Origin: Gemmatimonadaceae bacterium
GTDB lineage: Bacteria > Gemmatimonadota > Gemmatimonadetes > Gemmatimonadales > Gemmatimonadaceae
Assembly (NCBI GenBank): GCA_025453855.1
Contig: JALOPO010000001.1
Location: 1-55,314 of the forward strand
Length of the DNA stretch: 55,314 nt
Reading direction: 5' to 3'
Part shown: piece after piece, positions 37,367 through 46,647 of the stretch
How positions within the stretch are numbered: the stretch's first letter is position 1
Layout of the letters: each line of letters opens with the position of its first letter
Made by a program: the position numbers and the translations under genes
Notes under the pieces: model-generated
The model's database searches: none
What the model was told of the DNA's origin: nothing
The model's input: the letters and a program-made list of their open reading frames with translations, nothing else

Positions 37367-37567
37367 TGGGCATCGCCCGAGAGCGGATTCGATTCGGACT
37401 CTACACCAAGGTGTACGACTTCCCGGTCATGCGTCTGCCGCTCTCCCGGCGCGGCCGTCGCCACTTACTGACCTTCGCCGACTCCCACGCAAGCGAGCGA
37501 GAACGCTGCTGTCTCCGGGAAGCACGCGGACCGGACGCCGTCGTCGAGCACGGATCTCCGCGGCACG

Positions 37568-37585
37568 AGTTGAGGCCTCGACTCG
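37568..37585. repeat. Palindrome AGTTGAGGCCTCGACTCG (copy 2)
   Basis: 17/18 identical to 26198-26215. It lies between the convergent ATPase and cus operon ends. Confidence 0.6.
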
Positions 37586-37773
37586 CCGATGGCGCGGCTC
37601 GCGTACCCCCGGGCGCGATGCGGAGGGGAGGCAGACGGACGCCGTTGCCCGTCAGGCGAGCAGGCTAGGACGGGTCGCCGCCACGCCGCAGGAGGAGACG
37701 GCGCCGGCCACCCGCATCGTCGACAGGACCCCGCACCGTGGCGCGCGGCCGGACGCCCGCACTCCGCACCACC

Positions 37774-38061
37774 TCACACCCGCCCGACCCCAAGCCACAC
37801 GGCCAGCCCGCCCAGCACGATCCAGCACGTCCAGAACAGCGCCACCGACCACCAGGGCAGTCGCACCCCCGCGCGTCGCTCGATGTGCCGGCGCGCGATC
37901 ATGCTCCACGCGTGGAGCACGATCCCGAGGATGGCGAGCCCCCACGCCACCGGCGCCAGCGCCTTGGCGAGGAGCACGCCGACGCCGGCGCCGGCCAGCG
38001 CCGCCCCGCCGCTCGAGGCCAGCTGGATCCGCTTCTCGAGTGCCACCTCATCCGAGTGCAT
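37774..38061 (-). CDS. Small membrane protein (95 aa, ~3 TM) overlapping the cusA stop
   Basis: Hydrophobic segments AALAGAGVGVLLAKALAPVAWGLAILGIVLHAW and WWSVALFWTCWIVLGGLAVWLGV. It overlaps cusA by 14 nt. Confidence 0.5.
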   Translation of the reverse strand: MHSDEVALEKRIQLASSGGAALAGAGVGVLLAKALAPVAWGLAILGIVLHAWSMIARRHIERRAGVRLPWWSVALFWTCWIVLGGLAVWLGVGRV

Positions 38062-41000
38062 GCGTCCCTCCCTCGAGGAGTGGTGTCGTACGGTCGGCCG
38101 ACCGTGCGCTGCGGAGCCCCCGCTCGCGGACCAGCGACCAGATCGCGGGCACCACGAGCAGCGTCAGCACGGTGCTCGAGACCATCCCGCCGATCATCGG
38201 TGCCGCGATGCGCTTCATGACGCTCGCGCCCGTGCCGGTGCTCCACAGGATGGGCAACAGGCCGATCATCGTCGAGGCCACCGTCATGAGCTTGGGGCGG
38301 ACGCGCTCCACGGCGCCCTCCATGGTCGCCTCGCGCAGCGCCGTGAGGCGATCCGGTGCGTCGCGGCGCGCCTCCCACGCCGATTCCAGGTACACGAGCA
38401 TGATCACGGAGGTCTCGGCGGCCACGCCGGCGAGCGCCAGGAAGCCGATGGTCACCGCGACCGACCACTGGTAGTCGAGCCACCAGAGGAACCAGATCCC
38501 GCCGACGAGCGTGAAGGGGATGCTGAGCATCACGATCAGCGTGTCGCCCACCCGGCGGAAGTTGAGATAGAGGAGCAGGAAGACGAGCGCCAGGGTCACG
38601 GGGACGACGACACGCATGGTCGCCTTCGCGCGCTCCATGTACTCGTACTGGCCGCTCCACGCCATCGTGTAGCCGGGTGGCAGCGCCATCGCGCCCGCCA
38701 CCATGCGCCGCGCCTCGGCCACGTAGCCGCCGATGTCGCTCGACGCGACGTCCACGAAGACCCACACCGTCGGCTGCGCGTCCTCGGTGCGGATCACCAT
38801 CGGCCCGGCCACCTGCCGGATGCGCGCGATCTGACCCAGCGGCACCTGTCCGGCGGCGGTGGCGGTGGCTGCGGTGCCGGGTGACGCGGCGTCGGTGCTC
38901 ATGCCGCCCATCCCGCCCGCGCCGGCGCCGCCGGCCGAGGGCGCGCTCCGATGCTGCTGCGGCACGAGCACGGCGGCGAGCCGTTCGGGCGTGTCGCGCA
39001 GCTCCTGCGGATAGCGGACCCGCACGCCGTAGCGTTCGCGTCCCTCGACCGTCTGCGTGATCGTCATCCCACCGATGGCGGTGGCGATCACGGTCTGCAC
39101 GTCGCCGACGTTGAGCCCGTGGCGCGCGGCCGCGGCGCGGTCGATGTCGATGTCGAGGTAGTAGCCGCTCACCGCCCGCTCGGCGAAGGCGCTGCGCGTG
39201 GCGGGGAGCATCCGCAGGTGCCCCTCGAGCTCCGTGCCGAGGCGCTCCAGGGTGGCGAGGTCGGGGCCGTAGAGCTTCACGCCGACCGGCGTGCGGATCC
39301 CGGTCGCGAGCATGTCGATGCGCCCCTTGATCGGCATCGTCCAGGCGTTGGTGACGCCCGGCATGCGCACGGCCGAGTCCATGGCGGCGACGAGCCGTTC
39401 GTACGTCATGCCGGGGCGCCAGCGCTCGCGCGGCTCGAGCATGATCGTCGTCTCGGCCATGTCGAGCCCCGCGGGATCGGTGGCGGTCGAGCCGCGGCCG
39501 GCCTTGCCGAAGACGCTCGCCACCTCGGGGAACGCGGCGAGGATCGAGTCCTGCTGCCGGAGCAGCTCGCGCGCGCGCGCGACGCCGATGCCGGGCATCG
39601 TCGTGGGCATGAACAGGATCGTCCCTTCCTCGAGCGGCGGCATGAACTCGCTGCCGATCCGCTGCCAGGGGATCCACGTCAGGACGAGCGCAGCGGCGGC
39701 GGTGCCGATCACCGGACCGCGATGCGCGAGCACCCAGCCGAGCACCGGGCGGTAGGCGCGGATCATGGCGCGGCTCAGCGGGTTGCGGCGCTCGGTGAAG
39801 ATGCGCCCCCGGACGAAGAGCATCATCAGCACCGGGACGAGCGTGACGCTCAGCAGGCTCGCGGCCGCCATCGCGAAGGTCTTCGTGAGCGCGAGCGGCG
39901 TGAAGAGGCGCCCCTCCTGCCCCTCGAGCGCGAAGACCGGGATGAACGAGACGGTGATGATCAGGAGCGAGTAGAAGAGCGATGGCCCGACCTCCTGGGC
40001 GGCGTCGAGCACGACCTGCCGGCGCTCCTGCGGGGTGAGGCTCGCGGTGTCGATGAACCGCGCTCCGGGGGCCGCCCGTCGCTCCAGGTGCTTGTGCATG
40101 TTCTCGACCATCACGATGGCGGCGTCGATCATCTCGCCGATGGCGATGGCGATGCCGCCGAGCGACATGATGTCGGCGCCGATGCCGAAGGCGCGCAGCG
40201 CGAGGAAGGCGATGAGGACGCTCACCGGGAGCGTGACCACCGCGACGAGCGCCGATCTCGCGTGCAGGAGGAAGACGATGCAGATCGCCGCGACGATCAG
40301 CGCCTCCTCGACGAGGGTCTCCCGGATGGTGTCGATGGAGTCGAGGATGAGCCCCGAGCGGTCGTAGACCGGGCGCACGACGACGCCCGGGGGGAGCCCC
40401 GGTGCGATCTCGGCGAGCCGCGTCCTGACGCGCTCGATGGTGGCGAGGGCGTTCTCGCCCGAGCGCATGACCACGATCCCGCCCACCGCGTCGCCGCGGC
40501 CGTCGAGATCCGCGATCCCGCGCCGCACCGCGGGGCCGACGCTCACGCGCCCGAGCTCCGCGACGCGGATCGGCGTCCCCGCCGCGGTGGTGCCGACGAC
40601 GATGCTCTCGATGTCGCCGACGCCCTGCAGGTAGCCGAGGCCGCGGACCATGTGCTCGCGCTCGGAGAGCTCGAGCACCATCGCCCCGACGTCGGCGTTC
40701 GCGTTCTGGATCGCGCTGATGACGCGCGTGATCGGGATCCCGTAGGCGAGGAGCTTCGCGGGATCGAGGTCGACCTGGTACTGCTTCTCGAAGCCGCCGA
40801 CCGTCGCCACCTCGGCCACGCCGGGGACGGCGGTGAGGGCGTAGCGGAGCGACCAGTCCTGCAGGCTGCGCAACTGCGCGAGGTCCAGGCGGCCGCTGGT
40901 GTCCTCGAGCACGTACTGGTAGACCCACCCCAGCCCCGTCGCATCGGGGCCGAGGACCGGACTGACCGACGCGGGGAGCTTTCCCTTGAGGCCGTTCAGG

Positions 41001-41338
41001 ACCTCGAGCACGCGCGAGCGCGCCCAGTAGAGGTCCGTGGCGTCGTCGAAGATCACGTACACGAACGAGACGCCGAAGAACGAGTAGCCGCGCACCGTGC
41101 GGGCCCCCGGCACCTTGAGCATCTCGGCCGCGATGGAATAGGTGACCTGGTCCTCGACGATGCGCGGCGCCTGCTCGCCGTAGTCGGCCTGCACGATCAC
41201 CTGCACGTCGGAGAGGTCGGGGAGCGCCTCGAGCGGCGTGTGCCGGATCGCCCACGTCCCGCCGAGCGCGAGCACGAGGGTGACGAGCAGCACGACGAGC
41301 GGGTTGCCGACCGACCAGGCGATGAGACGACGAAGCAT
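38048..41338 (-). CDS. cusA: Cu(I)/Ag(I) RND transporter, CusA family
   Basis: The N-terminus TPLEALPDLSDVQVIVQADYGEQAPRIVEDQVTY...GPDATGLGWVYQYVL parallels E. coli CusA. It has a Gly/Met-rich insertion GGAGAGGMGGMSTD. Confidence 0.9.
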   Translation of the reverse strand: MLRRLIAWSVGNPLVVLLVTLVLALGGTWAIRHTPLEALPDLSDVQVIVQADYGEQAPRIVEDQVTYSIAAEMLKVPGARTVRGYSFFGVSFVYVIFDDATDLYWARSRVLEVLNGLKGKLPASVSPVLGPDATGLGWVYQYVLEDTSGRLDLAQLRSLQDWSLRYALTAVPGVAEVATVGGFEKQYQVDLDPAKLLAYGIPITRVISAIQNANADVGAMVLELSEREHMVRGLGYLQGVGDIESIVVGTTAAGTPIRVAELGRVSVGPAVRRGIADLDGRGDAVGGIVVMRSGENALATIERVRTRLAEIAPGLPPGVVVRPVYDRSGLILDSIDTIRETLVEEALIVAAICIVFLLHARSALVAVVTLPVSVLIAFLALRAFGIGADIMSLGGIAIAIGEMIDAAIVMVENMHKHLERRAAPGARFIDTASLTPQERRQVVLDAAQEVGPSLFYSLLIITVSFIPVFALEGQEGRLFTPLALTKTFAMAAASLLSVTLVPVLMMLFVRGRIFTERRNPLSRAMIRAYRPVLGWVLAHRGPVIGTAAAALVLTWIPWQRIGSEFMPPLEEGTILFMPTTMPGIGVARARELLRQQDSILAAFPEVASVFGKAGRGSTATDPAGLDMAETTIMLEPRERWRPGMTYERLVAAMDSAVRMPGVTNAWTMPIKGRIDMLATGIRTPVGVKLYGPDLATLERLGTELEGHLRMLPATRSAFAERAVSGYYLDIDIDRAAAARHGLNVGDVQTVIATAIGGMTITQTVEGRERYGVRVRYPQELRDTPERLAAVLVPQQHRSAPSAGGAGAGGMGGMSTDAASPGTAATATAAGQVPLGQIARIRQVAGPMVIRTEDAQPTVWVFVDVASSDIGGYVAEARRMVAGAMALPPGYTMAWSGQYEYMERAKATMRVVVPVTLALVFLLLYLNFRRVGDTLIVMLSIPFTLVGGIWFLWWLDYQWSVAVTIGFLALAGVAAETSVIMLVYLESAWEARRDAPDRLTALREATMEGAVERVRPKLMTVASTMIGLLPILWSTGTGASVMKRIAAPMIGGMVSSTVLTLLVVPAIWSLVRERGLRSARSADRTTPLLEGGTHALG

Positions 41339-41341
41339 CGG

Positions 41342-42772
41342 TCACTCCGGCGTGGACGGGTGCACGTGCCCGCCTTGCGCGGGGGCGGGCATCGCGTGCC
41401 CCTCGTGCGGCGACGGAGTCGTCCGTGGGGCCGGCGTCGGCGTGCGGGTCCGTGGCGATGCCGGCATCGGCATGGCCATCGGCATCGACGGGTCCATCGG
41501 CATCCGTGCCGTGGTGCCGGGCCGCGCCGTGGCGGTGTCGCGGGCGGGTGGAACGGTCACCTCCATGCCGGGCATGTCGCCCATCCCGCCGAGGGCGGTG
41601 CCGAGGTTCGATTCGGCGTCGAGCAGGAAGGTGGCGGAGGCGACGACGGTATCGCCGGCGGCGAGGCCGCGCACGATCTCGATCCGGTCGCCGGCCGCGG
41701 CGCCCACCTCCACCTCGCGCGGCTCGAGCGTGCCGTTCGCGAGGCGGCGGAAGACGAGCGCGCGCTCGCCCGTGACGAGCACCGCGTTGCGCGGAACGGT
41801 GAGCCCCGGTGCGGCCGCGTCGGCGGCCCCGCGCAGGCGGAGCGTCGCGTACAGGCCGGGACGCAGGCGCCCGTCGGCGTTCGCGAGCGCCACGCGCACG
41901 CGTGCCGTGCGCGTCTCGGGCGAGAGCGTCGGGTAGACGTAGGCGATGCGCCCCCGCCACGCCTCGCCGGGCCACGCGTCGAACTCCGCGGTCGCGGGCT
42001 GGCCGGTGCGCACGGCGCGGAGGTCCTGCTCGTACACCTCGCCCTCGACCCACACGGTCGAGAGATCGGCGACGAGGAGCAGCGGCTCGCCGGCCATGAC
42101 GCGCTGACCGGTGGTGACGCGCTTCTCGGTGATCACGCCGCTCGCCGGTGAGCGGAGCGTCACGGTGCGCTGCACCTCGCCGGTGCGCTCGATGCGCGCG
42201 ATCTCGTCGGCGGGGACGTCCCAGTAGGCGAGGCGCCGCCGTGCGCCGGCGACGAGATCGTCGGCCCCGGCACGCGTGTCGGCGGTGCCGGCGGCGACGT
42301 CGCGGGCGAGCCGACGGGCGAGGAGGAGCTCCTCCTGCGCGGTGACGAGGGCGGGGGAGTAGAGGCGGAGCAGCGGCTCGCCGCGACGGATCGCGCGGCC
42401 GGTGAAGTCGGCGTGCAGCGTCTCCACCCATCCCTCGACCTTGAGCGAGACGGTCTGCACGCGCGTCTCGTCGACGACCACCTGCCCGACGGTGCGGATC
42501 TCGCGCACGAGCGGCGTGGCCTCGACGGCGGCGAAGGTGATGCCGATGCGGCGCGCCTGGTCGGGCGTGAGCTGCACGGGGCGGGGCCCGTCACGGGTGG
42601 CCGCTCCACTCATCGCGGCGTGGTCGTGCGCCGTCGCGGTGGGGGCGGGCGTCGCATCGCCGCGCGTGACGTACCACGCGATGCCTGCGGCGACCACGGG
42701 GAGGCCCAGCGACAGTGCGAGCCGGCGGACGCGGGCGCCGCGGCTCGGCGCGGGGGGAACGGCGGTGCTCAT
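41342..42772 (-). CDS. cusB: RND adaptor, CusB family, with Met/His-rich C-terminal tail
   Basis: The ATG overlaps the cusC stop (ATGA). Tail: GGMGDMPGMEV...MPMDPSMPMAMPMPASP...HEGHAMPAPAQGGHVHP. Confidence 0.85.
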   Translation of the reverse strand: MSTAVPPAPSRGARVRRLALSLGLPVVAAGIAWYVTRGDATPAPTATAHDHAAMSGAATRDGPRPVQLTPDQARRIGITFAAVEATPLVREIRTVGQVVVDETRVQTVSLKVEGWVETLHADFTGRAIRRGEPLLRLYSPALVTAQEELLLARRLARDVAAGTADTRAGADDLVAGARRRLAYWDVPADEIARIERTGEVQRTVTLRSPASGVITEKRVTTGQRVMAGEPLLLVADLSTVWVEGEVYEQDLRAVRTGQPATAEFDAWPGEAWRGRIAYVYPTLSPETRTARVRVALANADGRLRPGLYATLRLRGAADAAAPGLTVPRNAVLVTGERALVFRRLANGTLEPREVEVGAAAGDRIEIVRGLAAGDTVVASATFLLDAESNLGTALGGMGDMPGMEVTVPPARDTATARPGTTARMPMDPSMPMAMPMPASPRTRTPTPAPRTTPSPHEGHAMPAPAQGGHVHPSTPE

Positions 42773-44103
42773 CGCGGGACTCCGGCAGGCAGGGCAGGGG
42801 AGGTGAGCCACGGGCGACCGGTCAGCATCTCGAGCTCGGCCCAGGCGCGGCCCTCGGTCGCGTCGAGCGCGACGAGCTCGCGGCGATACCGCGTGGCGGT
42901 CATCCGGTTGTCGAGGACGGTCATGAAGTCGACGGCGCCGCTGCGATACGACGCGAGCGCGGAGGCGGCCGCGGCGTCGGCCTGCGGGAGCACCGTCGTG
43001 CGGTACAGCGCGCGCAGCCGGCGCGCGCTCGCGAGCATCGCGTGCACCTCGGCGAGTCGGCGGCGCGTGTCGGCGCGCATCATCGCGAGCTCGGCCTCGG
43101 CCATCTCGCGCATCGCCGACGCCTCGTCGCGCATGCGGAGCTGCCGCGTACGCGCGAACACGGGGAGCGTGGCGCCCACCATCAGGCTCCCCATCCGGTC
43201 GATGCCCCCGTCCATGCGCCGCTGCCCGTACTGCACACCGACGCGGAGGTCGGGCCAGAGCTCGCGGCGTGCGAGATCGGCGTTGGCATCCGCGGCCCGC
43301 ACGGCCGCGGCACCCGCAACGAGCATCGGTCGGGCCTCGAGCGCGGCGGCGAGCAGTGCGGACAGCGACGGCAGCGTGTCGGGGAACGGCGGCGGCGTGG
43401 CCGCGACTAGGAGCCCTTCCGGGAGGGTGTCGAGCGAGGCACCGAGGCGAGCGGCGGCCGCATCGGCCATCGCGGTCATGCGCACGACCTCCTCGTCCAT
43501 GCGGGCGATCTCGACCCGCGCGCGGAGCACGTCGCTCTGCCGGCCATCCCCGACGCGATACATCGCGGTGGCGACGCTCGCCGCATCCTCGAGCAGGCGA
43601 CGGGTCTCGCCCGCGAGCCGGGCCGCCTCCAGCGCCTCCCACCGGTCGAGATAGGCGACCGCCACGTCGGCCCGGACGGTGAGCACGACGTCGCGCGTCC
43701 GTGCCTCGGCGCTCGCGGCGCGTGACCGGGCCGCGGTCGACGCGGCGCCGAGCTTGCCCGGCAGCGGCACCATCTGCATCACCTGCAGCTGGGCCATGCC
43801 GAGCACGGGATCGGGGCGCAGGCCCGGTAGCGAGTAGTTCATGGCGCCGAGCTGCAGCTCGGGGTCCGGCGGCCGCGTGGCGGTGCCGACGCGCGCGACG
43901 GCTGCGGTCGCGAAGGCCGCGGCGGCACGCACGCGCGGGTCGCGCACGGCCGCCAGCTGCTGCAGCGCCGGCAGCGTGAGCGTGTCGCGAAGGAACGGGG
44001 CGGGCTGCGCCCCGAGTGACGGGAGGGCGACGCTCGCGGCGAGGCACAGGGCGACTGCCCGGAAGCCACGCGGCGAGACGACCGCGCCGGAAGTGGATGG
44101 CAC
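42769..44103 (-). CDS. cusC: Outer-membrane factor, CusC/TolC family (start approximate)
   Basis: OEP repeats. Signal-like RGFRAVALCLAASVALPSLGAQ. The GTG at 44103 has GAGAGAGG upstream. Confidence 0.8.
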   Translation of the reverse strand: MPSTSGAVVSPRGFRAVALCLAASVALPSLGAQPAPFLRDTLTLPALQQLAAVRDPRVRAAAAFATAAVARVGTATRPPDPELQLGAMNYSLPGLRPDPVLGMAQLQVMQMVPLPGKLGAASTAARSRAASAEARTRDVVLTVRADVAVAYLDRWEALEAARLAGETRRLLEDAASVATAMYRVGDGRQSDVLRARVEIARMDEEVVRMTAMADAAAARLGASLDTLPEGLLVAATPPPFPDTLPSLSALLAAALEARPMLVAGAAAVRAADANADLARRELWPDLRVGVQYGQRRMDGGIDRMGSLMVGATLPVFARTRQLRMRDEASAMREMAEAELAMMRADTRRRLAEVHAMLASARRLRALYRTTVLPQADAAAASALASYRSGAVDFMTVLDNRMTATRYRRELVALDATEGRAWAELEMLTGRPWLTSPALPAGVPR

Positions 44104-44189
44104 GACGGAGAGCCTCTCTCGATGTGACGTGCCGTCGCCGACGTGCGACGGCGCGAGCACCGCACCGCGGCGCGGTGCGGGGACGCGTC

Positions 44190-44570
44190 TCAGCCGCGCG
44201 GCGGCGGATCGGCGCGTTCGAGGAGGGGCGTGGCCGGGGGGCGCAGGCCGTGCGCGTCCGCGAGCGACGACGGACGCGGTGCGGACGCGTCCACGGCACA
44301 TCGCACGACCTCGGCGGCCGCAAGGACGCTGCACCCGCCGCTCATCGGGCAACCGCACGATCCGTAGTCCTGCATCGGCGGCGCGTGGGGTCCCGGCGCA
44401 TGCGTGTCACTCGGCCCGTGAACGCCCCCCACCGCCGCGGGCACGCCCGTGGCGTCCAGCGATGCGTGCGTCGCGGTGCCCGACGCCGCGCCGCAATGCG
44501 CCGACGGCGCCGACCATGCCATGGCGGCGACGGCGAGCAGGAGCAGCGCGAGGAGGCGACGGAACGCCAC
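44190..44570 (-). CDS. Small secreted Cys/His-rich protein leading the cus operon (start uncertain)
   Basis: Signal-like FRRLLALLLLAVAAMAWSAPSAH, then CGAASGTATH..HGPSDTHAPGPHAPPMQDYGSCGCPMSGGC. Confidence 0.45.
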   Translation of the reverse strand: MAFRRLLALLLLAVAAMAWSAPSAHCGAASGTATHASLDATGVPAAVGGVHGPSDTHAPGPHAPPMQDYGSCGCPMSGGCSVLAAAEVVRCAVDASAPRPSSLADAHGLRPPATPLLERADPPPRG

Positions 44571-44667
44571 GGGGGGCAGGGGCGGAGACTGGGGTCCGGC
44601 GCGAGCGCGCCGGCGGGCCTGCGGTGCTGCGCATCCGGCGAGGCGGCCCGTGGCGCCCGGTGCGCGT

Positions 44668-44686
44668 GCTTTACGAACGATAAAGC
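44668..44686. promoter_or_regulatory. A/T-rich dyad GCTTTACGAACGATAAAGC in the cus/blaI divergent region
   Basis: 6-bp arms GCTTTA/TAAAGC. 15/18 identical to the reverse complement of 46648-46667. Confidence 0.55.
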
Positions 44687-44725
44687 GCCCGGTAGTTTCC
44701 GCAACGCACCCCCCCACGCCGAGCC

Positions 44726-45217
44726 ATGAGCCCCGTTCGCAAGTCGACGCCCCACGGGTGTGAGCCGGCCCGGCCGCCTCACCTGCAGGACACGATCCGC
44801 CTCTCCGCCGACGGCCTCGCGAAGGTTCTCGGCGACCTCGAGGCGCGGGTGCTCGAGGCCGTCTGGGCGCTGGGCACGCCGGCGCCGGCGCGCGCGGTGC
44901 ACGACGTCGTGGTGCGGGAGCATCCCGTGGCGCCGCTCACGGTGACGACCGTGCTCAACAAGCTCGTGGCCAAGCAGCTCCTCGAGCGGCGGAAGGTGCA
45001 CGACCTCCTGCACTACAGCGCGCGGATGACGCGGGACGCCTTCATGGCGCACGTCAGTCGCCGGGTGGCCGAGGGGATCCTGGCGTTCGAGCCCGCGCGC
45101 GTGGCGGCGTCGGTGATCGACGTGATGGCCGAACGTGACCCGGCGCAGCTCGAGGAACTGGAGCGCCTCATCCAGGCGGCCCGGCGGCAGCGGGACGCCG
45201 GAGCCGGGACGCCGTGA
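44726..45217 (+). CDS. BlaI/MecI/CopY-family winged-helix repressor (no C-terminal Cys motif)
   Basis: LGDLEARVLEAVWALGTPAPARAVHDVVVREHPVAPLTVTTVLNKLVAKQLLERR is the Penicillinase_R fold pattern. Confidence 0.75.
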   Translation: MSPVRKSTPHGCEPARPPHLQDTIRLSADGLAKVLGDLEARVLEAVWALGTPAPARAVHDVVVREHPVAPLTVTTVLNKLVAKQLLERRKVHDLLHYSARMTRDAFMAHVSRRVAEGILAFEPARVAASVIDVMAERDPAQLEELERLIQAARRQRDAGAGTP

Positions 45218-46281
45218 TCCCCGACGCCGACGCGCCGGCGCCTGCGCTTCGCATCCGGGAGCAGCGGCGTCGCCGCCTGCTGCTGCTCGCGCTCGCGACG
45301 GCGCTGCTCGCGAGCCTGACGCCCATCGTCGGCAAGCACCTCGTCGGCCTCGCCCATCAGCCGCTCACGGGGATCGACCACATCGGCGCACTCTGCCTCG
45401 TGGCGTTGCACCTGATCGTCGCCCCGGTGCACGAGGGCCTGCACCTGCTGGTCGGTGCCGGTGTCGTGTACGCCATCGCGGACCGCGCGCACGCCTGGTG
45501 GCGCGCCCGACGCGTGCTCGCGCCGCTGCCGCAGCAGCCGCCCATGCCGGGCGACCCGTTCGCGCTCGCGTGCGAGACGGCAGGGGTGCCGTCACGCCAC
45601 GTCTGCATCGTCGACGGCCTCCCGGTGCCCGCCTTCACGGCCGGATGGCTCAGGCCCGTGATCTACGTGGCCCGCGCCCTGGGCGACGGACCGGCCGCCT
45701 TGCCGCGCGAGCAGCTGGCGGCCGTGCTGGCGCACGAGGGGTCGCATCGCACGCGGCGCGATCCGCTGCGCCTCTTCGCGCTGCGGGCGCTCTCGAAGGC
45801 GCTCTTCTGGCTCCCCGGCCTAAGCGCGCTCACGGACGACGTGGCGGACGAGGCGGAGATCCGCGCCGACGACGCCGCGATCCGGGTCGTCGACCGCCTC
45901 TCGCTCGCCTCGGCGCTCGTCGCGCTCGGGCGATGGGACACCGCACGGGCCGGCGTGCCGGCGATGACGATGGGCGTCGGCTTCGTGCGTCCCGACCTGC
46001 TCGACCGTCGTGTGCGGCGGCTCGCGGGCGCCGACGCCGTGCTCGGCTCGCGGCTCTCGCGTGGGTCGGTCGCCTCGGCGGCCTGCCTCGTGGCGCTCGC
46101 GTGGACCTCGGGGCTGGTGGACGTGCACGGCCTCGCGCACCCGGCGACCGCCTCCGCGGTGGAGGCGCACTGCCACCACCTGCACGGGTCGCCGTGGGGG
46201 CACCTGTTCTGCCGGGCGGGCGTAGCCGGACCGGTGCTTCCGGCGACCGGCACCGACTGCCCCCACCGGTTCCACCCATGA
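45214..46281 (+). CDS. BlaR1/MecR1-like M56 membrane metalloprotease with a Cys/His-rich C-terminal tail
   Basis: The GTG overlaps the blaI-like stop (GTGA). TM helices, HEXXH as LAHEGSH, and the tail HCHHLHGSPWGHLFC...CPHRFHP. Confidence 0.7.
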   Translation: MIPDADAPAPALRIREQRRRRLLLLALATALLASLTPIVGKHLVGLAHQPLTGIDHIGALCLVALHLIVAPVHEGLHLLVGAGVVYAIADRAHAWWRARRVLAPLPQQPPMPGDPFALACETAGVPSRHVCIVDGLPVPAFTAGWLRPVIYVARALGDGPAALPREQLAAVLAHEGSHRTRRDPLRLFALRALSKALFWLPGLSALTDDVADEAEIRADDAAIRVVDRLSLASALVALGRWDTARAGVPAMTMGVGFVRPDLLDRRVRRLAGADAVLGSRLSRGSVASAACLVALAWTSGLVDVHGLAHPATASAVEAHCHHLHGSPWGHLFCRAGVAGPVLPATGTDCPHRFHP

Positions 46282-46318
46282 GACGGCCTTGGCCTCGGTG
46301 TGGGCCGCCAGTTGTGCC

Positions 46319-46366
46319 GTATACCCCCGGGGGGTACATTCGCCGGAGATACCCGGTGGGGGTATC
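46319..46366. promoter_or_regulatory. Two tandem CsoR-type GC-tract palindromes upstream of copZ
   Basis: TACCCCC-GGGGGGTA (46322-46336) and GATACCC-ggtg-GGGGTATC (46348-46366). Confidence 0.5.
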
Positions 46367-46387
46367 CGTCCTCCAGCTGGAGCCCTG

Positions 46388-46612
46388 ATGTCGTACTACG
46401 ATCTGACCATCGCCGGCATGACCTGCGCGCACTGCGTGCGTGGCGTCTCCGCGGCCCTCGCCCGTGTGCCCGGCCTCGTGGTCGAGCACGTGAGTGTGGG
46501 GCATGCCCGGGTTCGGGCATCGACGACGCTCGCCGTCGATTCGATCCGCGAGGCCGTCGAGGCGGCCGGCTACACCCTGACCGCCGTCGAGGCGGGTGGC
46601 GTCGCCACCTGA
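46388..46612 (+). CDS. copZ: CopZ-like heavy-metal-associated chaperone
   Basis: MSYYDLTIAGMTCAHCVRGV... has the canonical GMTCxxC ferredoxin-like domain. 74 aa. Confidence 0.85.
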   Translation: MSYYDLTIAGMTCAHCVRGVSAALARVPGLVVEHVSVGHARVRASTTLAVDSIREAVEAAGYTLTAVEAGGVAT

Positions 46613-46647
46613 ACGGCACACCATTCGCGCGAGTCGTCGCGCGCCTC

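Noticed and set aside
37402-37415. Dyad TACACC-AA-GGTGTA 35 nt after the ATPase stop, a possible MerR-type operator
   Set aside because: It has only 6-bp arms. The flanks (GGACTC / TTCCCG) give poor -35/-10 boxes, and no gene lies downstream in that orientation. It is more likely part of a terminator region, so it was left unannotated.
37899-42431. 1510-aa ORF on the minus strand, extremely Arg/Ala/Gly/Pro-rich
   Set aside because: It is out of frame with, and completely overlapped by, the well-supported cusA and cusB genes. Its composition is typical of spurious long ORFs in ~70% GC DNA.
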